Assembly (NCBI GenBank): GCA_963771465.1
Contig: CAVYTU010000006.1
Coordinates: forward strand, 134,588 to 198,587
Origin: an uncultured delta proteobacterium
GTDB taxonomy: Bacteria; Desulfobacterota; Binatia; UBA9968
Reading direction: 5' to 3'
Length of the DNA: 64,000 bases
The notes beneath the pieces are model-generated. The model saw nothing but the letters and a program-made list of their open reading frames with translations, did no database searches and had not been told where the DNA came from. The translations under genes were made by a program, and so were the position numbers. Of the stretch, positions 51,931 to 61,147 are shown one piece after another. Within the stretch, counting starts at the first letter, position 1; each line of letters starts with the position of its first letter.

Positions 51931-53487
51931 ATGCTAATTGTCACTGCTGAACAGATGCGCGAACTGGATCGCTTGACGATTCAGCGCTCCGGCGTGCCGA
52001 GCTTGACCTTGATGGAGCGCGCCGGGGAAAGCATCGCCGCGGCAATTCTCAAACACTTCGGCCGCAACGCCAAGAAGGGCGTGGTGATCGTCGCCGGCAA
52101 AGGTAATAACGGCGGCGACGGTTTTGTCGTGGCGCGGCTGCTCAAGAAAAAACGTATTCCTTGTGAGGTTGCCCTGTTAGCGCGGCAGGACGAACTATCG
52201 CCCGATGCGGCGCACAATCTACGCGCCTTTTTAAAACTCAAAGGTAAAGTCACCGAGATCGCCGCTGGCAATTTGCCTTTCTTCAGCCAACGATTGACCA
52301 AGAATGGTCTTATCGTCGACGCCATTTTGGGCACCGGCATGAGAAACGACGTGCGCGGTTTGTTCGCCGATGGGATCGCGCGGATGAACGCGGCGGGTTT
52401 GCCGATCATCGCCGTCGATATGCCTTCCGGTCTCCATACCGACAAAGGGACGCCGCTCGGCGTGGCGATCCAAGCGGCGATGACCGTGGCGCTCGGCTAT
52501 GCGAAGTTGGGTCAGGTGATCTATCCAGGCTTGAATTTCGTCGGTGCTCTCGTTGTCGCCGACATCGGTATCGATCCGCGCGCGGTCGCTGAAATCGCGC
52601 CGCGCACGGAACTCTTGGCGCGCGAAGAGATCAGCCGGCTGGTGCCGCGCCGGCAGGCCGACACTCATAAGGGAACGTATGGCCATCTGCTCGTCTGCGC
52701 CGGCTCGCGCGGCAAGACCGGCGCGGCGATTCTCGCCTGCCGCGCCGCGATGCGCAGCGGCGCGGGATTGGTGACGCTGGCGGCGCCGCGCTCGCTCAAT
52801 GCTATCTTCGCGACTTCTTTAATCGAAGTGATGACCGAGCCGTTGGGTGAGAATTCACGCGAAGAAATGGCAGCGCTAAGCGATGACGAATGGCACAGGT
52901 TGCTTGAACGTAAGAACGCCTTTCTCTTCGGTCCCGGTATCGGCGTAAACGATGCGACGCAAAATGCCCTGCGTTGGCTGTTGCGAAACTTAGACATGCC
53001 TTGGGTGATCGACGCCGACGGGCTCAATAATTTGGCGCTTGAGCTTAACCGTCTGCGCCGCGCCAGGACGGCGCCGATCTTGACGCCGCATCCCGGTGAG
53101 ATGGCGCGGCTGATCGGCAAAGATACCGCTGCGGTCAATGCCGACCGCGTTGGCATCGCCCGCTCGTTCGCCATCGAGCACCGATGTCATTTAGTTCTCA
53201 AGGGCGCTCGAACCGTGATCGCCAGCGCGGACGGCAAAGTTTTTATTAATCAGACCGGCAATCCCGGCATGGCCAGCGGCGGCATGGGCGATGTCCTGGC
53301 CGGAATGCTCACGGCGCTGTTGGGGCAAGGCTTATCTGCTGAGGATGCCATGAAGCTCGGCGTCTATTGGCATGGCTTCGCGGGCGATCGCGTCGCGGCC
53401 GCCCAAAGTGAAATCGGACTGATTGCGTCGGATATCATCGATCACCTGCCAGCGGCATTGACCGCCCTCGCCGCGCGAATTTCCTAG
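51931..53487 (+). CDS. nnr: Bifunctional NAD(P)H-hydrate epimerase/dehydratase
   Basis: GKGNNGGDG, HKGTYG, DADGL, LTPHPGEM, GMGDVLAG. Confidence 0.95.
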   Translation: MLIVTAEQMRELDRLTIQRSGVPSLTLMERAGESIAAAILKHFGRNAKKGVVIVAGKGNNGGDGFVVARLLKKKRIPCEVALLARQDELSPDAAHNLRAFLKLKGKVTEIAAGNLPFFSQRLTKNGLIVDAILGTGMRNDVRGLFADGIARMNAAGLPIIAVDMPSGLHTDKGTPLGVAIQAAMTVALGYAKLGQVIYPGLNFVGALVVADIGIDPRAVAEIAPRTELLAREEISRLVPRRQADTHKGTYGHLLVCAGSRGKTGAAILACRAAMRSGAGLVTLAAPRSLNAIFATSLIEVMTEPLGENSREEMAALSDDEWHRLLERKNAFLFGPGIGVNDATQNALRWLLRNLDMPWVIDADGLNNLALELNRLRRARTAPILTPHPGEMARLIGKDTAAVNADRVGIARSFAIEHRCHLVLKGARTVIASADGKVFINQTGNPGMASGGMGDVLAGMLTALLGQGLSAEDAMKLGVYWHGFAGDRVAAAQSEIGLIASDIIDHLPAALTALAARIS

Positions 53488-53540
53488 GCTCGAATTCTTC
53501 CGAAAAATATACTAGTTGTACTGCAGAGGCCCGTTTAACC

Positions 53541-54020
53541 ATGGGTTTGTGTACGGTTGTTTCTAAGTCAGCGCGCCAAACCATGAGTTGGGGCAAAAAA
53601 TTAGGGAAGCTAATTCAAGGCGGTGAAATTATTGGCCTTGTCGGTGAGCTGGGGGCCGGCAAGACCTGTTTCGTGCGGGGCTTCGCCGAAGGCATCGGGG
53701 TTGGCAAAGACGCCTGGGTGCGCAGCCCGACCTTTACTCTGATCAACGAATACAACGGCCGTCTGCCCGTCTATCACATCGACCTCTATCGGGTTGGCGA
53801 GCGCGCCCAGCAGGACGGGCTCAATCTGCGCGAGTATCTGTACGGTGACGGCGTTAGCTTGATCGAGTGGTTTGAGTATCTTCCCGCCGACGAAGTCGAC
53901 GAGTTTTTAGAAATCACTATGGCGCATCTCGGCGGCGCCAAGCGGGAGCTGAAGTTTAGCGCGCATGGGAAGCGGTACGAGAGTTTATTGAAAGATTTAC
54001 ACTTGGAGACAGCTAAGTAA
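53541..54020 (+). CDS. tsaE: tRNA t6A biosynthesis ATPase TsaE
   Basis: [23 protein letters not shown]. Confidence 0.95.
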   Translation: MGLCTVVSKSARQTMSWGKKLGKLIQGGEIIGLVGELGAGKTCFVRGFAEGIGVGKDAWVRSPTFTLINEYNGRLPVYHIDLYRVGERAQQDGLNLREYLYGDGVSLIEWFEYLPADEVDEFLEITMAHLGGAKRELKFSAHGKRYESLLKDLHLETAK

Positions 54021-54113
54021 TTTTGGATTTTAGATTTTGGATTGGGGGAGCCGAGGGACCAATCTGAATTCCGATTCCGACAATCCAAAATCGGCAATCC
54101 GAAATCCAAAATT
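54019..54113. repeat. Tandem-repeat hairpin E: 7-nt unit (ATTTTGG / AATCCAA), ATTCCGATTCCGA core
   Basis: aattttggattttagattttggattg...attccgattccga-caatccaaaatcggcaatccgaaatccaaaatt. Confidence 0.85.
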
Positions 54114-54131
54114 GGTTGCGGGGTCATTTGC

Positions 54132-55343
54132 GTGGGTTTGTTAGTGCAGAAATACGGCGGCACGTCCGTCGCCTCGATCGAGCGGATCAAGCTTGTAGCC
54201 GCAAAGGTCGCGGCGGCGAAACGAGCGGGGAAAGACGTCATCGTCGTAGTTTCGGCGATGGCCGGCGAGACCAATCGATTGATCGCGTTAGCGCAGCAGA
54301 TTTCCCAGCTACCGGACGAGCGCGAGAAGGATGTCTTGATCGCCACCGGCGAGCAGGTGACGGTGGCGTTGTTGAGCCTGGCGCTCAAAGAGATCGGCCA
54401 GCCGGCACGTTCGTATCTTGGCCACCAAGTGCGCATTGAGACCGACAACGCTTATGGCAAAGCGCGGATCTTGAGCATCGATTCGACGAAGATCGTCGAA
54501 GCGCTCAAAACCGGCGAGGTGGTGGTCATCGCGGGATTTCAAGGCGTCGATGTAGACGACAACATCACGACTCTCGGCCGCGGCGGCTCGGATACCAGCG
54601 CGGTGGCGCTGGCGGCGTTTCTTAACGCCGAGGCGTGCGAGATTTACACCGATGTCGAAGGGGTTTTTAGCACGGACCCGCGGATTTGTCCGAAGGCGAA
54701 AAAGCTCGGCAAGGTTTCCTACGACGAGATGATCGAGCTGGCGAGCACCGGCGCCAAGGTTTTGGAGATTCGCTCCGTCGAGTTCGCCAAAAAGTTCGCC
54801 GTTCGGGTGCACGTACGTTCGACATTTACCGAACTTGAAGGGACTTGGTTAGTCGAGGAGGATGAGAGTATGAGCGATGTGTTGGTTTCCGGCGTGGCCT
54901 GCGACAAGAACGAGGCAAAAATTACGCTGTTGCGCGTGCCCGACAAGCCGGGGTTAGCAGCCCAGCTGTTTGGCCCCATCGCGGACGCCCACATCGTCGT
55001 CGACATGATCATTCAAAACGCCAGCGAAGATGGCACGACCGACCTGACCTTCACGGTTCCCAAGGCCGACCATCAACGAGCGCTGGCGATCGTCGAGAAG
55101 GCGTTACCGGCGGTGCATGCCAAAGGCATTAAGGTTGATCCCGATATCGCCAAAATTTCCGTCGTCGGTGTCGGCATGCGCACCCATGCGGGCGTGGCGG
55201 CGACGATGTTTCAAGTGCTGGCGCGCGAGCAGATCAACATCCAGATGATTTCGACATCGGAAATCAAGATTTCCGTGGTGATCGCCGCCGGGCAAGCGGA
55301 TCAAGCCGTGCGCGCGCTGCACGAAGCCTTTATCACCCACTAG
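54132..55343 (+). CDS. lysC: Aspartate kinase
   Basis: VQKYGGTSV, TTLGRGGSD, YTDVEG, two ACT domains. GTG start at 54132; the ORF-track extension is the repeat element. Confidence 0.96.
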   Translation: MGLLVQKYGGTSVASIERIKLVAAKVAAAKRAGKDVIVVVSAMAGETNRLIALAQQISQLPDEREKDVLIATGEQVTVALLSLALKEIGQPARSYLGHQVRIETDNAYGKARILSIDSTKIVEALKTGEVVVIAGFQGVDVDDNITTLGRGGSDTSAVALAAFLNAEACEIYTDVEGVFSTDPRICPKAKKLGKVSYDEMIELASTGAKVLEIRSVEFAKKFAVRVHVRSTFTELEGTWLVEEDESMSDVLVSGVACDKNEAKITLLRVPDKPGLAAQLFGPIADAHIVVDMIIQNASEDGTTDLTFTVPKADHQRALAIVEKALPAVHAKGIKVDPDIAKISVVGVGMRTHAGVAATMFQVLAREQINIQMISTSEIKISVVIAAGQADQAVRALHEAFITH

Positions 55344-55351
55344 AGGATTCC

Positions 55352-56932
55352 ATGAAAGATGTTTTACTTTACGATACGACATTGAGAGACGGCTGTCAGG
55401 CCGAGGACGTTTCATTCACGCTTGAAGATAAACTTCGTATCGCTGCGAAGCTTGAAGAACTCGGCATCGATTACATCGAAGGCGGCTATCCCGGCTCCAA
55501 CTCGCGCGATGCCGACTTCTTCACTCAAGTAAAGAAGTTGAAACTCAAGCACGCCAAGGTGGCGTCCTTTGGCACGACCCGAAAATTCGGCGCCAAACCG
55601 TCGCAAGACATTAATTTGAAAGTATTGCTCCAGGCTGACACACCGGTGGTCACGTTGGTGGGCAAGACTTGGGATCTCCACGTGCGCGACGATCTGCGCA
55701 TCAGCCAAAAGGCCAATTTGGAACTGATTGCCGATTCCATCGCGTACATGAAAAAGCGCGTCGATGAAGTGATATTCGACGCGGAGCATTTTTTCGACGG
55801 CTTTCGCGCCAATCCGGAGCACGCCATCGATTGTCTCAAAGCGGCCCAAGAAGGTGGCGCCGATTGGATCGTGCTCTGCGAAACCAATGGCGGGCGGCTG
55901 CCCGGCGATATTCGCGACGCGCTCAACCACGTCAATCGCGCGATCAAGACGCCCCTCGGCATTCATTGCCACAACGACGGCGAACTGGCGGTAGCCAACA
56001 CCATGGCCGGCGTCGAGATGGGCGTGACTCAAGTCCAGGGCACCATCAACGGTTTTGGCGAGCGCTGCGGCAACATGAATTTGATCTCCATCATCGGCAA
56101 CTTGCAGCTCAAGATGGGCAAGAAGTGCGTGACGGCGGCGCAACTCAAAAAATTGCGCGAGGTGTCGCAGCTATTCTACGAGTTGGCCAATATCCATCCG
56201 AACAAACGCCAGGCCTACGTCGGTGACAGTGCCTTTGCCCATAAAGGCGGCTTGCATGTTTCCGGCGTGCTTAAGAACCGCGAGACCTATGAGCATATCG
56301 ATCCCGACTTGGTTGGCAACCGCCAGCGCGTGTTGGTGTCCGACCTCTCCGGGCGCAGTAACGTGGTCTACAAAGGCAAGGAGTACGATATCGATCTGAA
56401 AGACAAGGGCGACGCGGTGAAAGATATCTTGCGCCGGACTAAGGAACTTGAAAGCCAGGGCTTCGAGTTCCAAGCGGCGGAAGCGTCGTTTGAGCTGTTG
56501 ATTCAAGAAGCGCTGGGCAAGAAGAAGAAAAACTTTCAGCTGATCGGCTTTCGCGTCATCGACGAAAAGCGCAAGGAAGGCGAAGCGCCGATCTCGGAAG
56601 CGACGATTCAAGTGCAAGTGGACGGCGTGTTGGAGCACGCCGCGGCAATGGGCAACGGCCCGGTGAATGCGCTCGATCAGGCGCTCAGGCGCGCGCTGAC
56701 GAAATTCTATCCCGCGCTCAAGCAAGTGGAGTTGCTCGACTACAAGGTCCGCGTGTTGTCCTCCGGCGAAGGCACCGGCGCGGTGGTGCGCGTATTGATC
56801 GAATCGGGCGACGGCAAGGAACGCTGGGGCACGGTCGGCGTATCGCACAACGTGATCGAGGCGAGCTGGCAAGCGTTGGTCGACAGCATCGATTACAAGC
56901 TTTATAAGGACGCGAGACATCGGGCGAATTAA
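55352..56932 (+). CDS. cimA: Citramalate synthase
   Basis: YDTTLRDG.Q, GKTWDLHV, FDAEHFFDG, HCHND, AFAHKGG, NVIEASWQAL. Confidence 0.93.
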   Translation: MKDVLLYDTTLRDGCQAEDVSFTLEDKLRIAAKLEELGIDYIEGGYPGSNSRDADFFTQVKKLKLKHAKVASFGTTRKFGAKPSQDINLKVLLQADTPVVTLVGKTWDLHVRDDLRISQKANLELIADSIAYMKKRVDEVIFDAEHFFDGFRANPEHAIDCLKAAQEGGADWIVLCETNGGRLPGDIRDALNHVNRAIKTPLGIHCHNDGELAVANTMAGVEMGVTQVQGTINGFGERCGNMNLISIIGNLQLKMGKKCVTAAQLKKLREVSQLFYELANIHPNKRQAYVGDSAFAHKGGLHVSGVLKNRETYEHIDPDLVGNRQRVLVSDLSGRSNVVYKGKEYDIDLKDKGDAVKDILRRTKELESQGFEFQAAEASFELLIQEALGKKKKNFQLIGFRVIDEKRKEGEAPISEATIQVQVDGVLEHAAAMGNGPVNALDQALRRALTKFYPALKQVELLDYKVRVLSSGEGTGAVVRVLIESGDGKERWGTVGVSHNVIEASWQALVDSIDYKLYKDARHRAN

Positions 56933-56937
56933 GGGGA

Positions 56938-57016
56938 AGGCAGTAGGCATTAGGCAACAGGCATATCCGGAATTCGTACTCCGATACTATCGCCTAATGC
57001 CTCTTGCCTAATGCCT
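56938..57016. repeat. Tandem-repeat hairpin F: 7-nt unit (AGGCANN / NNTGCCT), TCCGGAAT...TCCGA core
   Basis: aggcagt aggcatt aggcaac aggcata-tccggaattcgtactccgat...gcctaat gcctctt gcctaat gcct. Confidence 0.85.
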
Positions 57017-57023
57017 GGCCGCC

Positions 57024-57758
57024 ATGTGGCAATCGATTAAAGAAGATTTCAAAGTTATCGCTCAGCGCGATCCGGCGTTGCGCTCGGTGTGGGAGATTGC
57101 GCTCGCTTATCCCGGATTTCACGCCATCGTGCTGCACCGCTGGGCGCATTGGCTGTGGGGTCGGAAGCTGACCACGCTGGCGCGTTTTGTGAGTCACGTT
57201 GGACGATTTATTACCGGCATCGAAATCCATCCCGGTGCGACGATCGGCCGGCGCTTTTTTATCGATCATGGCATGGGCGTGGTGATCGGTGAAACCGCCG
57301 AGATCGGCGACGACGTAACGCTCTACCAAGGTGTCACTCTCGGCGGCACCTCGACGCAGCGGATCAAGCGCCATCCGACGATCGAAGATTCGGTCACCAT
57401 TTTTAGCGGTGCGGCGGTGCTCGGGCCGGTGACGGTGGGCCGCCATAGCCGCATCGGCGCCGGTTCGGTGCTCGTGACCTCGGTGCCGGCACATTCGACC
57501 GTGGTCGGTATTCCCGGCAGGATCGTCAAGAGCGAAGCGCAGCATACCGAGACGGGCAAGGCGATTATCGATCTCAACGCCGCCGATCTACCCGATCCGG
57601 TCACCAAGGCGTTTAGCGCTTTGGGCGACTATATGGAAAAGTTGGAAAAGAAAGTCGACGAACTGAGCGCGCGCCAGGGCGGGTTAGAAGAAAAAACCGC
57701 CGAAGAAAGTGAAGCGCTCAATAAGATCAAAGAGCTGTTGCGGAATGCGGGAAGCTGA
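57024..57758 (+). CDS. cysE: Serine O-acetyltransferase
   Basis: [36 protein letters not shown]. Confidence 0.95.
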   Translation: MWQSIKEDFKVIAQRDPALRSVWEIALAYPGFHAIVLHRWAHWLWGRKLTTLARFVSHVGRFITGIEIHPGATIGRRFFIDHGMGVVIGETAEIGDDVTLYQGVTLGGTSTQRIKRHPTIEDSVTIFSGAAVLGPVTVGRHSRIGAGSVLVTSVPAHSTVVGIPGRIVKSEAQHTETGKAIIDLNAADLPDPVTKAFSALGDYMEKLEKKVDELSARQGGLEEKTAEESEALNKIKELLRNAGS

Positions 57759-57761
57759 AAA

Positions 57762-57805
57762 AGGCGTGAGGCTTGAGGCAACAGCTGCGAGCCGGATTCG
57801 CTCGC
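57762..57805. repeat. Partial element G: 7-nt unit (AGGCNTG) arm plus small hairpin with CGGAT loop
   Basis: aggcgtg aggcttg aggcaac ag; gcgagc-cggattc-gctcgc. Confidence 0.5.
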
Positions 57806-57824
57806 CATCAATCAGCGATTACAC

Positions 57825-58887
57825 ATGACTTCGAAGAGAACCAAAATTGTCGTCGCCATGAGCGGCGGCGTCGATAGCTCGGTGAGCGCGGCACTGCTGG
57901 TGGAGCAGGGCTATGACGTGCACGGCGTGTCGCTGCGCATGTGGGAAGGCGAGCGCGGGCCGCGGGTCTGCTCGGATCATCGCGGCGCGGAGGAAGTCGC
58001 CGCGCATCTCGGCATTCCCCACACGTTGCTCGATTTGCGCGGGCAATTTGCCGAGACCGTGGTCAAACCGTTCGCGCAAGATTATCTGCGCGGCCGCACG
58101 CCCAATCCCTGCATCGCGTGCAATCGTGATTTCAAACTCGGCACGTTGCTGCGCTGGGCCAAGGAGCATGACGCGGAGTACGTCGCCACCGGTCATTACG
58201 CCAACATCATTCACGGCCAGAACGCCGAGCGTGTGGCGCTGCTGCGCGGGGCGGATCGAAGCAAAGATCAGTCCTATTTTTTGTTCGCCTTATCGCAGGA
58301 ACAACTGGCGCACACTATGTTTCCGCTCGGCGAGCATGCAGAAAACCGATGTGCGCGAGAAAGCCCGCGCCCTCGGATTGCCGGCGGCGGAACGTCTAGA
58401 GAGTCAGGATATTTGCTTCGGTGATTACAAAGCTCTGGTGGCGAGCTACGCCGAAGAGAGCGAGCTTCAAGGCGGCGAGGTCGTTGACCGCGGCGGTAAA
58501 GTGCTTGGCCAGCATGGCGGCGTGCACACGGTTACCGTCGGCCAGCGACGTGGCTTGGGTATTTCAGCCACGGAACCGCTTTACGTCGTCGACATCGACG
58601 AGCAGGCCAAGCGCGTCGTTGTCGGTAAGAAAAGTGAATTGAGCTCCGGCGGGCTGATCGCGCGTTCGGTCAATTGGCTCGAAGAGCCGGATGCAGAAAT
58701 TAGCGCTGAAGTGCAGATTCGTTACCGTGCGCCCGCGGTCCGGTGCAGGATTCGACCGGAATCCAATGGAACCTGCGAAGTCCGTTTCGCCGAGGCGTTT
58801 CCGGCGGTGACGCCGGGCCAAGCGGCGGTGTTTTACCGCGGCGATCAAGTGTTAGGCGGGGGATGGATTGAGCGCGCGCTGCGCTAG
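57825..58887 (+). CDS. mnmA: tRNA-specific 2-thiouridylase, +1 frameshift near 58335
   Basis: AMSGGVDS, TPNPC..CN, ATGHY, KDQSYFL, FPLG; continues MQKTDVR..ESQDICF..TVGQRRGLG..PGQAAVFY in the next frame. Confidence 0.92.
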
Positions 58888-58900
58888 CGCAGCGCACGCG

Positions 58901-58976
58901 ATTACAAATTCTAGATTACAAATTGCAAATTTCGGATTCCGAAAAATCTGGAATCTGTAATTTGTAATTGGGAATT
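58901..58976. repeat. Tandem-repeat hairpin H: 7-nt unit (ATTACAA / TTGTAAT), TTTCGGA-T-TCCGAAA core
   Basis: attacaa attctag attacaa attgcaa a-tttcggattccgaaa-a atctgga atctgta atttgta attggga att. Confidence 0.85.
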
Positions 58977-58991
58977 TTACGAAGTGAAGAC

Positions 58992-60335
58992 ATGAGAATC
59001 GCGATTACCACGTTCGGTTGCAAGATCAACCAATATGATTCGGCGGTGATTCAGAACCGTTTGGAAGGGAATCATTCGTTCGTACCCTTCGACGAGCATG
59101 CCGATTGCTACGTGATCAACACTTGCACGGTGACCGACCGCGCCGATTGGGAGGCGCGCCAACTGGTGCGCCGCGCTAAGCGTTTGAATCCAGCGGCGAA
59201 GGTTGTCGTTACCGGTTGCTATGCGCAGGTCAATCCCGACGAGGTGGCGGGTGTCGCCGGCGTCGATGTCGTCGTCGGCCTCAATCGCTTGGACGATCTT
59301 TTAGGTTTCGTCGCCGCGCCGATGACCGGCGCAAGCCAGATCGCGGTGAGCGACGTGAAGCGCGAGCGCGGCGTGGCGGTGCTCGGTACGCGCGCGCTAC
59401 CGGGTCATACCCGGGCGTTTGTCAAAATCCAAGAAGGCTGCAACTACACTTGCACCTATTGCATCATTCCGACGGCGCGCGGCTTGAGCCGCAGCGTCGC
59501 GCCGGGCGCGGTGATGGAGCAGGTCAAACAACTTGCCGATGGCGGTTATAAGGAAATTGTTTTGACCGGTATCCATCTCGGCGGTTACGGCCACGATCTC
59601 AGTCCCAAAATCGACCTGACGGCCTTGGTGGAAATGATCGCTGCCAGCGGACTGATGGCGCGGTTGCGCTTGAGCTCGCTTGACCCGCGCGAGGTGCCGG
59701 ACCGATTGTTAGATCTAGTCGCCGGCTCCGACGTAATTTGCCCTCACTTGCATATTTGCGCTCAGGCGGGCGACGACTCGATTCTCAAGGCGATGCGGCG
59801 CAATTACGATACGGCGTACTATCGCGATTTACTTTCTCGTGTGCGCGAGCGGCTGCCCAACGCCGCGCTGGGAAGCGATATCATCGTCGGTTTTCCCGGC
59901 GAGAGCGACGCGCAGTTTGAAAATTCGCTGGAATATTTTGCTTCGCTGCCGTTAACCTACTTTCACGTTTTTCCGTATTCGTCGCGCCGTACTACGGCGG
60001 CGGCAGAGCTGCCGGACCCAGTGCCCCACGTGGTCAAGAAGTCGCGCAGCCGGCGCATGCGCGAGCTCGGCGGGCAGAAGAAGCTAGAATTCTACTCGCG
60101 CTTTCTCGGCCAACGAGCATCGGTGTTGCTCGAAGAAAAAATCCATCGTGCGAGCGGTACCCGGCGCGGCTTTACGCGCAATTATCTTTCGGTCGCCGTC
60201 GTCGATTGCGCCGAGTCCGCCAATCGAGAAATCAATGTAAGCCTGACGAACATTCGTAATGGTTGGTTGACCGGCGAAGTTGACCCTTGCGGCCGGGACG
60301 CGGATCGAATTACCGCACGGCCCGCCGTTAACTAG
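58992..60335 (+). CDS. mtaB: tRNA t6A methylthiotransferase MtaB
   Basis: TFGCKINQ, NTCTVT, TGCYAQ, radical-SAM motif CNYTCTYC, HVFPYS. Confidence 0.92.
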   Translation: MRIAITTFGCKINQYDSAVIQNRLEGNHSFVPFDEHADCYVINTCTVTDRADWEARQLVRRAKRLNPAAKVVVTGCYAQVNPDEVAGVAGVDVVVGLNRLDDLLGFVAAPMTGASQIAVSDVKRERGVAVLGTRALPGHTRAFVKIQEGCNYTCTYCIIPTARGLSRSVAPGAVMEQVKQLADGGYKEIVLTGIHLGGYGHDLSPKIDLTALVEMIAASGLMARLRLSSLDPREVPDRLLDLVAGSDVICPHLHICAQAGDDSILKAMRRNYDTAYYRDLLSRVRERLPNAALGSDIIVGFPGESDAQFENSLEYFASLPLTYFHVFPYSSRRTTAAAELPDPVPHVVKKSRSRRMRELGGQKKLEFYSRFLGQRASVLLEEKIHRASGTRRGFTRNYLSVAVVDCAESANREINVSLTNIRNGWLTGEVDPCGRDADRITARPAVN

Positions 60336-60349
60336 AGATTGAGCGCACT

Positions 60350-61042
60350 ATGAGCGCCGATACGCAACTGGAGCAACTGCAAAAATCGCTGGGCTATCGT
60401 TTCAAAGATCGCCCGCTGCTGTTGCGCTGCTTGACGCACGTCTCCTTCGAGCGGAAAAAGACCGACGGGCATAACGAAGTGCTGGAATTTCTCGGCGACG
60501 CGGTGCTCGATCTGGCGGTGAGCGATTTATTGATGCGCGAGAATCCGGACAAGAGCGAAGGCGATCTGTCGCGCATGCGCGCCGCGCTGGTGAATTCCAT
60601 TGTGCTGGCGGAAAAGGCGGCGGATCTCAACCTTGGCGCACTGCTCCGTCTCGGCAAAGGTGAAGAGCGCAGCGACGGGCGCAACAAGCCGTCCATCCTT
60701 GCCGGCGCTTTCGAGGCGTTGCTCGGCGGCATCTACCAGGACGGCGGCTACGAAGCGGCGCGCAATGTCGTCGAACGGTTTTTTCTCACCGATGTCTCGG
60801 GCAAACAGCTCGGCCAGCGGGATTACAAGACCCGGCTTCAGGAAATCAGCCAACTGCTGTTTCACTCGCCGCCGAGCTATCGAGTGGTCGCCGAGAGCGG
60901 GCCGGATCACGAAAAATTTTTCGTTACCGAAATCAGCGTCGGCGGCAAGGTGCTCGGCAAAGGCGAAGGCCGGAGTAAAAAGCAGTCCGAACAGGAAGCG
61001 GCGAAGCTAGCGCTCGTGGAGCTTCAGCGCGTCGGTAGTTAA
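60350..61042 (+). CDS. rnc: Ribonuclease III
   Basis: NEVLEFLGDAVL, FEALLG.IY.DGG, DYKT.LQE, dsRBD. Confidence 0.96.
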   Translation: MSADTQLEQLQKSLGYRFKDRPLLLRCLTHVSFERKKTDGHNEVLEFLGDAVLDLAVSDLLMRENPDKSEGDLSRMRAALVNSIVLAEKAADLNLGALLRLGKGEERSDGRNKPSILAGAFEALLGGIYQDGGYEAARNVVERFFLTDVSGKQLGQRDYKTRLQEISQLLFHSPPSYRVVAESGPDHEKFFVTEISVGGKVLGKGEGRSKKQSEQEAAKLALVELQRVGS

Positions 61043-61140
61043 TCGTCTCGTGCTCGTGTTCATGTTCGTGCTCGTGGCATCACTGGAATTGCGAGCCGCT
61101 ATTTCCGAAAGCGAGCACGACCACGAGCCACGAACACGAA
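61043..61140. repeat. Tandem-repeat hairpin I: 6-nt unit (TCGTGN / CACGAN), TGGAAT...TTCCGAA core
   Basis: tcgtgc tcgtgt tcatgt tcgtgc tcgtgg...ctggaat...atttccgaa...gcgagc acgacc acgagcc acgaac acgaa. Confidence 0.8.
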
Positions 61141-61147
61141 ATTTCCC

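Noticed and set aside
54021-54131. Lysine riboswitch upstream of lysC
   Set aside because: The region is only ~110 bp and almost entirely hairpin E; no riboswitch motifs are recognisable.
54042-54131. ORF-track N-terminal extension of LysC (and similar ones for MtaB, the amidohydrolase, LLM and the 36558 methyltransferase ORF)
   Set aside because: These are translations of repeat DNA or overlap neighbouring genes; better starts exist downstream.
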